From an uncultured delta proteobacterium (GTDB lineage: Bacteria; Desulfobacterota; Desulfuromonadia; Geobacterales; Pseudopelobacteraceae): a stretch of DNA of 64,000 bases. The notes under the pieces were generated by a model, which was given only the letters and a program-made list of their open reading frames with translations, had not been told where the DNA came from and searched no databases. Location: the NCBI GenBank assembly GCA_963772835.1, contig CAVYYZ010000005.1, positions 32,001-96,000 on the forward strand. The letters run 5' to 3'. A program made the position numbers and the translations under genes. Every line of letters begins with the position of its first letter. The stretch's first letter is position 1. This document shows, in pieces, positions 1 to 11,699 of the stretch.

Positions 1-1610
1 AAACCCTCCAATATGAGCGTAATCTCTCCATGGATATCCTCAACGCTCAGCCCGCCGGCATTTACAGAATCCGTGTATTTGCGCGGGATACGTGGGAAAA
101 AGATGCGTGGCTCAGTTTCAAGAACTCCCCACATGTCGTTGAATTAGCATCCGAGCCTTTTTGCAATATTCTGGGCACCACAAAGGAAGCTTTAGAGAAC
201 AACCCCGGCTTGGTTATTGATCTGATCCACCCTGACGACAGGGAAGGGTTTGCCAAAAAAAACGAGGGAGCAGCGGCAAATCTAGAAGAATTCATGTGGG
301 AAGGTCGCCTCGTCATTGACGGCGTGATCCGGTGGGCCCATTTTCAGTCTTTGCCCCGACCCCTCGAAAATGGCGATGTACTTTGGACGGGTGCACTCAT
401 AGATATCACAGACCGTATCAAGGCAGAAGAAGAGCATTCTATAATGGAGTCCCAATTGCAGCATACTCAAAAACTGGAGAGCCTTGGCGTCCTGTCGGGT
501 GGTATTGCTCACGACTTCAATAACATCCTGGCAATCATCATGGGCAATTGTTCCTTGGCAAAGAGAGATAAAGAGAATGCCGGGGAATTCATACCTAAAA
601 TTGAAAAGGCTGCTGAACGTGCCGCAGAACTTTGCCGTCAAATGCTGGCTTACGCCGGGAAAGCCCAGTTTGTCCAGGCACGTGTGGACTTCCGATCGTT
701 GGTCGGTGAGATGGTCGACATGCTGGAAAAGACCACACCTCAAAATGCGGGGATCAAATTTGACTGCACTCCCGATATCTCGCCGATTCATGGAGATTCC
801 AGCCAACTCAACCAGGTTGTCATGAACCTGATTATAAACGCTTCTGAAGCTATCGGCAAAGTACAGGGGGAGATCAGGGTATCGCTTTCCGAAACGACGA
901 TGCATGACGGGCACTCAGAGAAGGACTACAACGGGAAAGCTATTCCAGCCGGCAGTTATGTCTGCCTGGAAGTATCAGACAACGGGTGCGGTATGGATGA
1001 GGAAACCAAATGGCGCATCTTCGAGCCGTTTTATACCACAAAATTTACGGGTCGTGGTTTGGGCATGTCTGCTGTTCTTGGCATCATTAACTCACATAAA
1101 GGTGCGTTGCAACTTCAAAGCCGGCTTGGTCAGGGTTCAACCTTCAAAGTCTATCTTCCTGTTCAGAAAATGGACTCTGCACAGGAAAGACCAGTACAGC
1201 AGGCGGCTGAATCTCAATGGCGGGGGCATGGCACGATATTACTTGCAGAAGATGAAGACCAGATACGGAATATAGCAAAAACATATCTTGAAGAGTTTGG
1301 TTTTACTGTTGTGGAAGCGGCAAATGGAAAGGAAGCACTTGATTTGTATCAAAAGAATGCTTCAGACATTTCCCTGGTGCTGACAGACATTGGTATGCCA
1401 ATCATGGATGGGTATGCGTTATTCAATGCGTTGAAACAGCTTAAACCCACATTGCCTATTATTATTTCCAGTGGTTTTGGTGATGCGGATGTCACATCCA
1501 GAATTGACCATGGTGATATAGCCGGGTTAATCAGCAAACCGTATACTCCCGTCGAGCTGAGTAACGTGCTCAAGAGCGTTTTGGAAGGCGCGGAATCGTC
1601 CCGGAAATGA
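1..1610 (+). CDS. PAS-domain hybrid sensor histidine kinase/response regulator (5' partial)
   Basis: Frame is open from base 3 through the ATG at 30. Contains PAS_3-like IHPDDR, H-box GGIAHDFNN, N-box QVVMNLIINA, G boxes DNGCGM and GRGLGM, and a C-terminal receiver domain (LAEDE...TDIGMP). Confidence 0.93.
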   Translation, partial: TLQYERNLSMDILNAQPAGIYRIRVFARDTWEKDAWLSFKNSPHVVELASEPFCNILGTTKEALENNPGLVIDLIHPDDREGFAKKNEGAAANLEEFMWEGRLVIDGVIRWAHFQSLPRPLENGDVLWTGALIDITDRIKAEEEHSIMESQLQHTQKLESLGVLSGGIAHDFNNILAIIMGNCSLAKRDKENAGEFIPKIEKAAERAAELCRQMLAYAGKAQFVQARVDFRSLVGEMVDMLEKTTPQNAGIKFDCTPDISPIHGDSSQLNQVVMNLIINASEAIGKVQGEIRVSLSETTMHDGHSEKDYNGKAIPAGSYVCLEVSDNGCGMDEETKWRIFEPFYTTKFTGRGLGMSAVLGIINSHKGALQLQSRLGQGSTFKVYLPVQKMDSAQERPVQQAAESQWRGHGTILLAEDEDQIRNIAKTYLEEFGFTVVEAANGKEALDLYQKNASDISLVLTDIGMPIMDGYALFNALKQLKPTLPIIISSGFGDADVTSRIDHGDIAGLISKPYTPVELSNVLKSVLEGAESSRK

Positions 1611-1718
1611 GGAACATGCTTCATCAACCTTTTTAAGAATCTATGTTAAAAACCGAAAGTCATGAGCACATTCCGTCTTACAGGGCTACAACGAGAGCGC
1701 TTTGTTCGGGAATTGGAA

Positions 1719-2006
1719 TTATGTTATGTTCACGATAGCGTCATGCACGAGCGTCCGTACCTCACTCCAGACAAGTTCCGTACCTGCTTTGAGCTCTTCC
1801 CACTCATGATCCCCGGCGATTGAAATACCCTGCAGTTTTCGCGCTGCTTCATCCCGCTTATGCTGCAACTCATTGATTAAAGTTGCAGAGCCATTCGCTG
1901 CCCCTTCCATCGCATGTTCCACACCATCCTTAAGACGATCGATCTGAGTATCCCGTTCAACAATCTCTGCCGATAATTTCTCAACGTATTCTGATCGATC
2001 ATCCAC
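1719..2006 (-). CDS. Small coiled-coil protein resembling the sll1863-type stress protein family
   Basis: GTG start with upstream GAGGGAG. EYVEKL...WEELKAG.E..W pattern; helical and charged. Confidence 0.65.
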   Translation of the reverse strand: MDDRSEYVEKLSAEIVERDTQIDRLKDGVEHAMEGAANGSATLINELQHKRDEAARKLQGISIAGDHEWEELKAGTELVWSEVRTLVHDAIVNIT

Positions 2007-2066
2007 GGTGCTCCCTCGAAGTCGTTTGCAGTATGATGCCGGCCGAATGTACGTTATATTTATGAA

Positions 2067-2384
2067 TTATTCGGACAGTATTATGCCTTCATTGGTCATC
2101 TGCTGTGGTTCATGTTGCTCTGCTTCAGAAGTGAGCAGTTCCTGCAGCAGATCACTCTGCTGCAGTCTGGCATGCAAGCGTTCCCGGTCATGAATTCGCG
2201 CCTTCCGGTTATGCTTCACCGGCACAAGATCACGAAGATCCTGGGGACGATACGACAGCTCCCGGCCTATATCTCCAAGCTGGTCGGCATCCCGCTCACC
2301 CTCTGCAGTGGCAGCCCGGCTGTTAAACGGTGAGATTACCGACAAGATCAGCAGTACGATGATGATTGGTATGTATTTTTTCAT
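2067..2384 (-). CDS. Hypothetical exported protein
   Basis: ATG at 2384 after GAGG. Signal peptide MKKYIPIIIVLLILSVISPFNSRA. Lies downstream of the sigma54 promoter at 2467-2481. Confidence 0.55.
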   Translation of the reverse strand: MKKYIPIIIVLLILSVISPFNSRAATAEGERDADQLGDIGRELSYRPQDLRDLVPVKHNRKARIHDRERLHARLQQSDLLQELLTSEAEQHEPQQMTNEGIILSE

Positions 2385-2466
2385 ATGATGCCTCTGCGTG
2401 AGATGCTGAAGGAATTGTTTTTTCGGAAATACGAAGTTCAAAACATTCCGAATGGTTACATTCAAC

Positions 2467-2481
2467 GCAACTAACATGCCG
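2467..2481 (-). promoter_or_regulatory. sigma54 -24/-12 promoter
   Basis: Minus strand reads CGGCATGTTAGTTGC (GG-N10-GC). Weak IHF-like site at 2508-2520; UAS-like sites at 2578-2593 and 2596-2611. Confidence 0.75.
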
Positions 2482-3026
2482 GAAAAAACCGGAGCGCATA
2501 TATCTTGTAAGTGTTTGTACTTACATAACTTATCCGGATAAAACCGGCAGAGATTCCAGACATGCCGTCAAAAAAAACCGTCATGTACGGAATACCTGTC
2601 ATATATGATAGATAACAATGGGATTCAGGTCTGTCAGATGAAATACTTTCGTTTTCGTAGATACTGCTAATGGAATCAGCATCAGCTCACTGAAAACCCC
2701 TGCAAGCACCAGCCGCTTGGAAAAGAATCTCAGGGTGAAAATAGAAATATTCGAAGAGCGACAGGCAAAAGCGGTGGCGAACTTTGTCGCGATGATACCA
2801 GCAAGTCAGGCCGTGGTTGCCTGCAGGTAGAGTTCCGGCCCGGGAATCCGCTATTGGTACCAACGTTAATCGAATCCGCCACTGATGACATAACTGCCAT
2901 ATATGGCGGATGCACTGCAGCGTACTTTCTGTTTTTAACTTATTTTTCAAGCCTCGCGGAGAAAAGGTGTGGTATAACAGCACTGTCGTCCGGTACTCGC
3001 TACAGCAGGTTCTGAAGGAAGTGGCC

Positions 3027-4742
3027 ATGACAATCGACAGGGAAAACAAACGTTCGGCCGCAACGGCACTCCGGTCCAGTGCCGAAAATCAGCTGAAGGA
3101 TCAGAAGCTGAAAGCAGCACCGGCCCGGACGGATACCGAGACACACCGCCAATTCCATGAATTGCAGGTTCATCAGATCGAACTGGAGATGCAGAACGAA
3201 GAACTGTGTAAAACCAAGGATATGCTCGAGATATCCCGGGATATGTACGCTGAGCTGTATGACTATGCGCCTGTAGCCTATTTCACCTTTGATGCCCGCG
3301 GAATGATACAGAATATGAATAATGCCGGTATGCAGCTGCTGGCGATTGCCGAAACGGAGAAGGTAGCGTTTACCGAGTTACTTGCCGATACCGCAGAGAA
3401 GGAGATCTTCACCAATCATCTCGCGCTTGTCCTGAAGCGAAAAGTCATGCTGAAATGCGCATTGAAACTCAAAAGTCAGGACGGGACGATCATCGACGCG
3501 CAACTTCAAAGTGTGGCGATAACCAGTGGCGATACTGACGGCTGTATACTTACGTCAATTGTTGACAACTCGGTGCGGAGACAATTTGAGGATAAACTGC
3601 GGAAAGCGCACGACAATCTGGAGAGAATCGTACATGACCGGACAGAGGATCTGCTTAAAACCAACCTGCTGCTCTCGCAGGAGATAGAAGAACATAAAAA
3701 AGCGGAAGAGCTTCTTCTGGGTACCTATGCAGAAATCAAGGTGTTAAAAAACCTGCTGCAGGAGGAAAACATGTACCTGCAGCAGGAGGTTGCCAGCCGC
3801 TATAACTTTGGTGAAATTATCGGTCAAAGTACTGCACTTTCCCGGATATTCCTGCAGATCGAGCAGGTAGCGCCCATGAATGCAACCGTTCTTCTCCTTG
3901 GCGAAACCGGCACCGGAAAGGGTGTGGTCGCGCGTGCCATCCACAGTCGCAGCAGTCGCAAGGGGCGCCCCCTGATAACCGTCAATTGTACGACTCTGCC
4001 GGCAACCCTGGTGGAAAGTGAACTGTTCGGCCGGGAACGGGGTGCCTTCACCGGGTCCGACGCCCGGCAGATCGGGCGCTTTGAACTGGCGGACGGCGGC
4101 ACCATATTCCTGGACGAAATCGGTGAAATGCCGCTGGAACTTCAGTCAAAGCTGCTCCGGGTTATTCAGGACGGTGAGTTCGAGCGACTGGGGAGTCCCC
4201 GTACCATAAAGGTTGACGTACGGATCATCGCGGCCTCAAACCGGAATCTGAAGGAGGAGGTCCAAAAAGGAACGTTCCGGGAAGACCTGTTCTACCGGCT
4301 CAATGTGTTCCCCGTCACCATGCCGCCGCTCCGGCTGCGCACGGATGACATCCCGCTGCTCGTCAATCATTTTGTTGCCAAATTCAACAGTAAAATCGGC
4401 AGAAAGATCGAAACTGTCTCAAAAGCTTCACTGAATGTCCTGCAGGAATACCACTGGCCGGGCAACGTCCGGGAACTGGAAAGTGTCATTGAACGTGCGG
4501 TTATCATCACCCAGGGGACTTCGCTGCAGGTATTGGATCGCTTCGAAACATTCCGGAAGGCAGGGGAACCCGGAGAGTCTGATATCAAGGCCCTCGTTGA
4601 ACTGGAACACGACCACATTCTCCAGGTGCTCAAGAAAACCGGCTGGCGCATTGAAGGAAAAAACGGCGCTGCGGGGCTCCTTGGCCTCAACGCCAGCACC
4701 CTTCGCGCCCGGATGAGGAAATACGGCATTATCCGTAATTAA
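3027..4742 (+). CDS. PAS-domain sigma54-dependent enhancer-binding protein (AAA+ and Fis-type HTH)
   Basis: ATG at 3027 after AAGGAAG. Walker A GETGTGK, ESELFG, GAFTGS, Walker [26 protein letters not shown] and a C-terminal HTH. No receiver domain. Confidence 0.95.
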   Translation: MTIDRENKRSAATALRSSAENQLKDQKLKAAPARTDTETHRQFHELQVHQIELEMQNEELCKTKDMLEISRDMYAELYDYAPVAYFTFDARGMIQNMNNAGMQLLAIAETEKVAFTELLADTAEKEIFTNHLALVLKRKVMLKCALKLKSQDGTIIDAQLQSVAITSGDTDGCILTSIVDNSVRRQFEDKLRKAHDNLERIVHDRTEDLLKTNLLLSQEIEEHKKAEELLLGTYAEIKVLKNLLQEENMYLQQEVASRYNFGEIIGQSTALSRIFLQIEQVAPMNATVLLLGETGTGKGVVARAIHSRSSRKGRPLITVNCTTLPATLVESELFGRERGAFTGSDARQIGRFELADGGTIFLDEIGEMPLELQSKLLRVIQDGEFERLGSPRTIKVDVRIIAASNRNLKEEVQKGTFREDLFYRLNVFPVTMPPLRLRTDDIPLLVNHFVAKFNSKIGRKIETVSKASLNVLQEYHWPGNVRELESVIERAVIITQGTSLQVLDRFETFRKAGEPGESDIKALVELEHDHILQVLKKTGWRIEGKNGAAGLLGLNASTLRARMRKYGIIRN

Positions 4743-4803
4743 TTCCAATCCAAATCGGTATAACTGCGCCACCGCTCCATGTGAAGCCGTTCAGACAGTG
4801 GCT

Positions 4804-5124
4804 TTATTTCTTTGTTTTTTGTTTGGATGTTACTACCGACGTAGTTTTTTTGATCTTTTTCTCCGGCGCCGGTTCATCCGGCGTTTTAATTTTAACTACT
4901 TTTGCTGAATCCTTTGTCGCTGCAGCAGGAACGTCTTTAATTTCCTTCACACCCAGATACTTCTCGACACCCGGAATTGCCGCACCACCATTTTTTCGGT
5001 ATTTCTGATAACTTGCCGCAATCTCCCGGTGCCCTTTGATAAAAGCCTCCAGTTTTGGTACCAATGAAATCATCACCTTAAAATCCTCTCCTAATGCAAA
5101 AACCGTCTTCATCTTCTTGCTCAT
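4804..5124 (-). CDS. Hypothetical basic protein with Lys-rich C-terminal tail
   Basis: ATG at 5124 after AGGGAG, directly downstream of a consensus sigma54 promoter. Confidence 0.7.
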   Translation of the reverse strand: MSKKMKTVFALGEDFKVMISLVPKLEAFIKGHREIAASYQKYRKNGGAAIPGVEKYLGVKEIKDVPAAATKDSAKVVKIKTPDEPAPEKKIKKTTSVVTSKQKTKK

Positions 5125-5201
5125 TGCTGTCTCCCTTGTTGAGTTGGTAATTCGGGCCGCATAAGTCACCTGGCGGTGCACATGCGGTATAGCTGGTTAT
5201 G

Positions 5202-5216
5202 GCAACTAGTGTGCCA
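5202..5216 (-). promoter_or_regulatory. sigma54 -24/-12 promoter
   Basis: Minus strand reads TGGCACACTAGTTGC. IHF-like AATCAGTCAGTTG at 5244-5256. Confidence 0.85.
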
Positions 5217-5311
5217 GAGAAGAATTGATGCACACTCGCAGCACAACTGACTGATTTTTAATGGCAAACAGTCGATGGCGTGCAGACTGATTGAATATCT
5301 GCCAGCGCAAT

Positions 5312-5345
5312 CCGTTAATTACGGCACATCTGTCAAATATGACAG
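5312..5345. promoter_or_regulatory. Putative upstream activator sequence shared by divergent sigma54 promoters
   Basis: Perfect palindrome CTGTCA-AATA-TGACAG at 5330-5345 and a degenerate site starting CCGTTA at 5312. Confidence 0.65.
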
Positions 5346-5442
5346 CTATGCCGGTGGCTTTTCCGACAGCGCCACCCCTCCTCCGCCGTATCACCCCTTG
5401 CGCCCCGCCACCTGAGCCCCATTACCGGCCGCAGACCGTCCT

Positions 5443-5457
5443 TGGCATGTTACTGGC
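5443..5457 (+). promoter_or_regulatory. sigma54 -24/-12 promoter (variant)
   Basis: TGGCATGTTACTGGC (GG-N10-GC), 98 bp from the palindrome ending at 5345 and upstream of the GH13 gene. Confidence 0.6.
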
Positions 5458-5560
5458 ACATACCATAACAATTCATCAGGAAAAAATGTGCCGTACCATG
5501 CTGACCGATATGGCGCAGGATCATGCCGGGGTCTGCGGGTTGAAACGCGGAGGAGTCACC

Positions 5561-7356
5561 ATGAGCGATACAGTAAAAATCGAGGGGATGGGGGCGGTCC
5601 TGCATGCGGGCGGAGTCGCATTCCGCGTCTGGGCACCCCATGCAGAACGGGTATCGGTCATCGGATCATTCAACGGCTGGGACAGCAGCAAGCATCCCCT
5701 GCAATCCGAGGAAAACGGCTACTGGTACGCCGATGTCGCAGAGGCCTGTGTCGGCGATCAGTACAAATTTCAATTGACGACAACATACGGCGAGTTCAAG
5801 CGCATCGACCCGTATGCCCGCGAGGTCACCAGTTCGGTCGGCAACGCCATCGTGCACGACCCGTTCTTCGACTGGGGTGGTGACGACTTCACTCTCGCAC
5901 CATGGAACGAACTCGTCATCTACGAACTGCACGTCGGCACGTTCAACGATCAGGATGACCTCAACCATCCGGGCACGTTCCCCTCGGTGTCGGCGCGTCT
6001 GGGGCATCTGAAGAAGCTCGGCGTCAATGCGATCCAGATCATGCCGGTCGGTGAGTTTGCCGGCGACCGGTCATGGGGATACAACCCTGCCCATATCTTC
6101 TCGGTCGAACTCGCGTATGGAGGCCCGCTGGCATTTAAAACTTTCGTCAAACGGGCCCATCAGGAGGGGATCGCGGTGATTCTGGACGTTGTGTATAATC
6201 ACCTGGGGCCGAGCGACCTCGACCTGTGGCAGTTTGACGGCTGGAGCGAAAACAATCGCGGCGGCATCTACTTCTACAACGACGAACGGGCCGTCACGCC
6301 GTGGGGAGAGACCCGGCCCGATTACGGCCGCGGCGAGGTCCGTCAGTATCCTCCTCGATAATGTCATGATGTGGCTGGAGGAATACCACATTGACGGCAT
6401 CCGCTTTGACTGCACCCAGTTCATTCGCACTATCAACGGATCCGGCACACCGGATATTCCTGATGGGTGGAGTCTGCTGCAGTGGATCAACAGCCAGGTC
6501 GCACAGAAATACCCGGGTCGGATCACCATCGCTGAGGATCTGCAACACAACCGGTGGCTGACCAGGGACGCAGGTGCCGGGGGAGCCGGGTTCAGCAGTC
6601 AGTGGGACGCCATGTTCGTCCACCCCATCCGCCTGGCGGTGACCACTTCACGGGACGAGGACCGCTCAATCGCGGCCGTTCGTGACGCCATCTGTTATCG
6701 CTACAACGATGACGCCTTTGACCGGGTCATCTACAGTGAATCACACGATGAGGTGGCCAACGGCAAAGAACGTGTACCGCAGGAGATCAGCCCCGACGAC
6801 CCCACGGGGTGGTATGCACGGAAACGTTCGACACTGGCCGCCGCCATGGTTTTCACGTCACCGGGTATCCCCATGCTGTTTCAGGGTCAGGAGTTTCTTG
6901 AAGGTGGCTGGTTCCGCGACACGGTCCCTGTTGATTGGGACAATAACGACGAATTCCATGGCATCGTCCGCCTGTATCGCGATCTGATCCGGCTACGACG
7001 AAATCAGGGCCGTGTCACACGCGGGCTGAGCGGACAGTTTACCCAGGTGTATCACGTGAACGAGGCACGCAAGGTCATCGCTTTCCACCGTTGGGACACC
7101 GGCGGATCCGGCGGACGACGTTGTGGTCGTTGCCAATTTCCTCCACCGGCCGCAGGAGGGCTACGTAATCGGTTTTCCGACCGCCGGGGCATGGAAGCTC
7201 CGTTTCAACAGTGACTGGCAGGGCTACAGTGACGACTTTCAGAGTCATCCAAGCAGCGACATCACTGCCGAACCGGGCGAGTATGACGCCCTACCCTTCC
7301 ACGCTCCACTGTCTATAGGCCCCTACAGCGTGCTGATCTTTTCGCAAGACCAGTAG
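5561..7356 (+). CDS. GH13 alpha-glucan enzyme with CBM48 (TreZ/GlgB-like); two +1 frameshifts, probably sequencing errors
   Basis: ATG at 5561 after GGAGGAG. Motifs FRVWAPHA, IYELHVGTF, SWGYNP, DVVYNH, GIRFD, IAED and SHDEV are spread over three frames. Removing one base near 6350 and one near 7113 gives one 597-aa ORF. Confidence 0.85.
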
Positions 7357-7480
7357 ATACACGGCATCAGCCCCCTGCCGGTATTCGATCAAAGGGCACC
7401 GGAAGAAATCGCGATCGGTCATGGTCCCGTCAAAATCGCCTGCCGGTACCTTGTTCCGTATCCGCATCATCTCCTCCCCC

Positions 7481-10400
7481 CTAAGAAGCAGAATCTTGCG
7501 CGTTTTCCTGCAGATAATCTATCATCGGCCGGGTAATGAGCGGCACCAGGTCAGCGACCATGTGCGGCATGAGCCGGTCCATGATCACGGGCATGAGATC
7601 CGGCATCTGCTCGCGCATGTATGCCGGCATCTCGATCTGCTCTTCGACCCTGGCGAGCATGATCGCCAGAACCTTGGGCAGCATCAGCGGCAGCAGGCGC
7701 GGGAAGAGCAGCGGGTAGATCGGCCGCATCAGACCCAGCGCCCCGGGAACTTTGCCCAGCATGCGCATCATCGGCCCCGTGCCATAGGGCATGGCATCGA
7801 TCAACTCCGGCCACATCGTACTCATCAGGTCGGCAAACCCCTGCGGGGTCAACAGCTTGATGAAGGCGTCGAAGACCGCCCACTGCTTCATGACCTCAGG
7901 GTTCGGGTCGGGGAAGGTATAGCCGAAGCTGGCAGCGGCAAAGTGTGCCAGGTCCTGGACCTCAATCGGCAGCCCTTTCTTGTCCGCCGTCACCCTCAGC
8001 TGCACCTGGCAGCAGGGGCAAAGCGACAGGATCTTCTCGGCCCCGACCGCCAGGGCCTCATCGAGCTTCACCTTGCCGATGTCGGCAGCCACTGCCGGCT
8101 CCTTGAGCAGGGTAAGGACGCTGGCGCAGCAGTAGGCCCGCTCGCGGTTGTGGTCCATCTCCACGAGTTTGACGTTGGGGATGGCCTGGATCAGATCGCG
8201 CGGCGGCTCGAAAATCCCGGAGGCGCGGCCGATATGGCAGGAGTCGTGCCAGGTGACAGTAACCGGCTTGCCACCCTCGGGAAATAGGAACTCCCCGGCC
8301 TTGATCTGCTCGGCCAGGATTTCACTGTAATGACGGGTCTTGATCTGGTAGTCGATACCCAGCTTTCGCGCACCACTCGGGGTAGTACTGGCGCCACATC
8401 AGGTCGCAGGCCGGGCAGGAGGTGATGACCGTATCCGCGCCGGCCTTCTTCACCAGCTCGATGTTGCTCCGCATGATCCGGGCAAAATCGTCCCAGAGCC
8501 CGGCGACGAGCATCGGTGTGCCGCAGCAGTTTTCCTCTTCGCCGAGATGGACGAAATCCACACCGGCCTTGTCCAGCAGACGCACCGTGGCCTGCCCGAT
8601 GTCATGCTCCACGTAGCTCGCTGTGCAGCCGGCGAAGTAGACGTTTTTGCCCTTGCCGCCGAGCGGGTGCGCGCTCTTCAGATCTTCCGGATACCAGTCC
8701 AGGCGGTCCTTACGGTAGCCGGCCCAGATGTTCCCCTGGGACTTGAGCGCCGCGGCCATCATCTCGAAGGGGGGGAAGGTCATGCGCTGCTGCTCGTTGA
8801 TCAGCAGGCCGCGCAGCTTCATCCACGAGGGCTCGATGGGCAGATTGGTGGAGCAGCGGGTATTGCACATCTCGCAGGTGGTGCAGACCAGGAAGGTATC
8901 CACCATCTGCTGGTCCCACTGCTCACGTCCGGCCATGTACTCCCGCAGCCAGTACCACTTGCCCCGCGGACTCTGGCTCTCCCAGCCGCGGCCGTAGAAC
9001 TGGTCGCACTCCTCAACGCAGTAACCGCACTGGGAACAGGTGTAGGCATACCAGGCCACATCAGCCGGGATTGTCCGCACCGGTTCTGTCGGCTGGTCAC
9101 CGATCCTGCTGCTGGCATGGTTCCCCAGGGGGCGGATGAGCGGTTCAATGGCCGCTGCCAGGGTGAGGGCGCTCGCCATGAGCCCCCCCTGCATCACCTT
9201 GCCCGGATTGAGAATATTGTCCGGATCCATACCGGATTTGAATGTTGTCATGCGCCTCAGCCGATCCTTTCCCAGGATCAGGCCGGCCTTGCCGGCGAAG
9301 TACAGCCCGGTGGCATAGGGTCTGCCGCCGTTCTTCTCCGCGATCTTCATGATGGTCAGCGACAGGATAAAAATGAAATTATACGAAAACTTGCGCTGGT
9401 CGCTGGGGATGAAACCCAGTATGGCCACTTCCGGCATGCCGCCGGCGCCCTGTCGGATGACCAGCCCCTCTTTGACGACCGGTTGGCTGACCTTGCGTTC
9501 CACTTCGGCCAGCATCGCCCCGAGAGACGCAAGCGGAATGACAACTTCGGCCGGGACGAGGCTCGGGCCAAGGCGTTTGACAACCATGATCTTGAAACGG
9601 TCGGCCCACTCATGATGGGCGATTGTGTCCGACAGGAGCTCCGCCTGACACCCCTTGATCAAACCGGGGAGGAGTTCATCGATACGCCGGCGCTCCTTCT
9701 CCCGGAAGGCAAGCGTCATGACATAGGAGGCCGGCAGCAGCACCCGTTCTCGTACGGCGTGCCCGGCATGCTCCCGCAGAGGGGCGAGATTTTTCATCTC
9801 CGCCATGCGCGGGCTGATAAAACTTATGGACCAGATCGGCAGTTCCGCCTTGACTATCAACTCCAGCAAATGCTGCAGGTCATAGGCATCGGCACAGCCG
9901 ATCGATATCACGCCCAGCTCTTCCAGAGGCATGACCTTGACCGTCACCTCACTGATCAGCCCGGTGGTGCCTTCGGCCTCGGACATGAGATCCAGGTCCG
10001 ATCCCGAAAATTCCTGTACCGAGCCGTCGGCCAGCACCCCCCGGGCATGAACAACGTTGTCCCGGAACCAGCCCGACTCATACGAACCGAACCCCGCCCC
10101 GCCCTGGGCCAACCAGCCTCCGACGGTGGAAGCGGGATAGCTGGAAGGATAGAGCCGCAGCGTCAGCCCCTGTTTGGCCAGCTCCAGGTCGAGCTTCTCC
10201 CAGCAGATTCCGGGCTGAACCCTGACTGTGAGGGTCTGCGCGTTTATCTCCAGGAGCTTGCCCAGGTGGAAGAAATCCACGACCAGGCCACCCTTCACCG
10301 GCAGGACCCCGCCGTAGCCCGATGTGGCCCGACCACGGGGGGTCAGAGGTATGCGTTTTTCCTGCGCCCAGCGCACGAGCGTCACCAGTTCAACTTCTGT

Positions 10401-10571
10401 GGCCGGCTGGACGACAGCGTCAGGGACGGTCGAGCCGACCAGCGGTTTGACCAGACTGGGGATCTCTGCTGTATCGTGTCCGTAGAGCGTACGTTCCCGG
10501 CGGTCGAAGGAGACACGGGTCCCGAAAAGTCCTTCCAGGAATGTCTTATCAGTGGCTTGCAAAGCGGTCAT
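7481..10571 (-). CDS. FAD-binding / 4Fe-4S / CCG-domain oxidoreductase (GlcD-GlcF-like fusion); one +1 frameshift
   Basis: FAD_binding_4 (PRGRATSGYGG), CSQCGYC and CTTCEMC Fe-S motifs, and CCG domains (ENCCG, WHDSCH, YCCA). Removing one base of the TTT at 8364-8366 joins ORFs 8322-10571 and 7481-8164 into ~1029 aa. Confidence 0.85.
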
Positions 10572-10836
10572 TGCTACTCCATATTAACGGTAGAGACTTG
10601 GTGATTGAGCACGTATGGATTACAACCACCGCAGGCCCCGGCAACACAATCATGACCACCACGATAATCAAGGCTGTAAAGTCTGCCACTATTTTCATCA
10701 AACGCCTGGCATGTCCAAACGTACTCATGATGAAATGTTCACGATGCAGTCCCTTACTCAGCCGGATATTGAATGGAATCATGGATGAAACACTACGTAA
10801 CGGCCCTTATCCCAAACCTGTAGCATTGATAGATTT

Positions 10837-11079
10837 CTATTTGTCGCAGCTGCTCTTGGTCCAGGTGTGCTGACTTTTTTCGGCTTCCCCCGTCATCGTT
10901 CTGGATTGGGTTACGATAGAGCGCAGCTTTTGCGGGTTCATTCCCGCAATTCTTGATAACCCTTTTTCTTCAGCAGCGGCAACCTTGGCAATTGTGTCAT
11001 AGCTGGATTCTACCAGGCGCTGAGATAGGACTGCTCCTATGCCTTTGAGTTTCTGAAGCTCTTTCAAGTGACTTTTCAT
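10837..11079 (-). CDS. Small helix-hairpin-helix domain protein
   Basis: ELQKLKGIG and LSRIAGM HhH-like motifs; SD GGAGGA. Confidence 0.7.
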   Translation of the reverse strand: MKSHLKELQKLKGIGAVLSQRLVESSYDTIAKVAAAEEKGLSRIAGMNPQKLRSIVTQSRTMTGEAEKSQHTWTKSSCDK

Positions 11080-11242
11080 AATATCCTCCCCGGGTTATGC
11101 CACCATCTTCGCGTCCATGGTGACGGTTGTGTTTAAAAGCCGCGACATTACATGGCCCCTGCCTCATCATTTTTTGCGGTTGCTCGTTGCCTTTTGGAGC
11201 ATGGGTGCGGCGTACTCTGTCAGACTGCACACTCCACGAATT

Positions 11243-11392
11243 CTAAACGGATCGCCGCCCTTGAATAACGTTTACCAGCACCATTATAATAGCTATTACG
11301 AGCAGAATATGGATCAGACCACCCATGGTATATGAAGAAACCATTCCTAACAGCCAAAGCACTATCAGTATTACGCAAATTGTCCACAGCAT
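11243..11392 (-). CDS. lmo0937-family small membrane protein (49 aa, below ORF-track cutoff)
   Basis: Translates to MLWTICVILIVLWLLGMVSSYTMGGLIHILLVIAIIMVLVNVIQGRRSV; SD AAGGGGG. Confidence 0.9.
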   Translation of the reverse strand: MLWTICVILIVLWLLGMVSSYTMGGLIHILLVIAIIMVLVNVIQGRRSV

Positions 11393-11540
11393 AGCATCCC
11401 CCTTTTATATCCTTGATTTGATACCGGTTTATTACCTTTTTCGCTCCGCTACTTCTCAAAAACCTTTTCAACCTGCACTACTTGAGGACCTGATCTTTGA
11501 TGTTCGTACATCTTAGTGTTGTGCGTCAGAGTAGGTTTAG

Positions 11541-11555
11541 GCAACTTGTGTGCCA
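11541..11555 (-). promoter_or_regulatory. sigma54 -24/-12 promoter
   Basis: Minus strand reads TGGCACACAAGTTGC. IHF-like AATCAGTAGCTTG at 11583-11595; palindrome CTGTTA-TATG-TGACGG at 11671-11686. Confidence 0.85.
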
Positions 11556-11699
11556 GTGGGAATCTGAGGGTAGCATGACTTGCAAGCTACTGATTATGCG
11601 GGATTTAGATATCGACGACGTGCGGGGAGAGGAAAAAACCGTCAATCGTATACTTTCAAATTGAACATAACTGTTATATGTGACGGGAGAGCATGCCGG

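Noticed and set aside
2640..3026. Long leader before the bEBP with a CCGCCA/TGGCGG hairpin and CTGATGAC
   Set aside because: Does not match the fluoride or any other riboswitch pattern I know. The 2910 ORF start lacks SD support.
5561..10571. Calling the GH13 and oxidoreductase genes pseudogenes or programmed frameshifts
   Set aside because: Only isolated +1 insertions with intact motifs. The same error type occurs in ilvB, and no slippery heptamer is evident.
8547..10604. 685-aa plus-strand ORF (and 7421-8287)
   Set aside because: Antisense shadows of the GC-rich oxidoreductase gene, with no motifs.
10549..10698. Possible fourth hydrophobic small ORF (MKIVADFTALIIVVVMIV...)
   Set aside because: No convincing SD, and it does not fit the 20-21 aa pattern.
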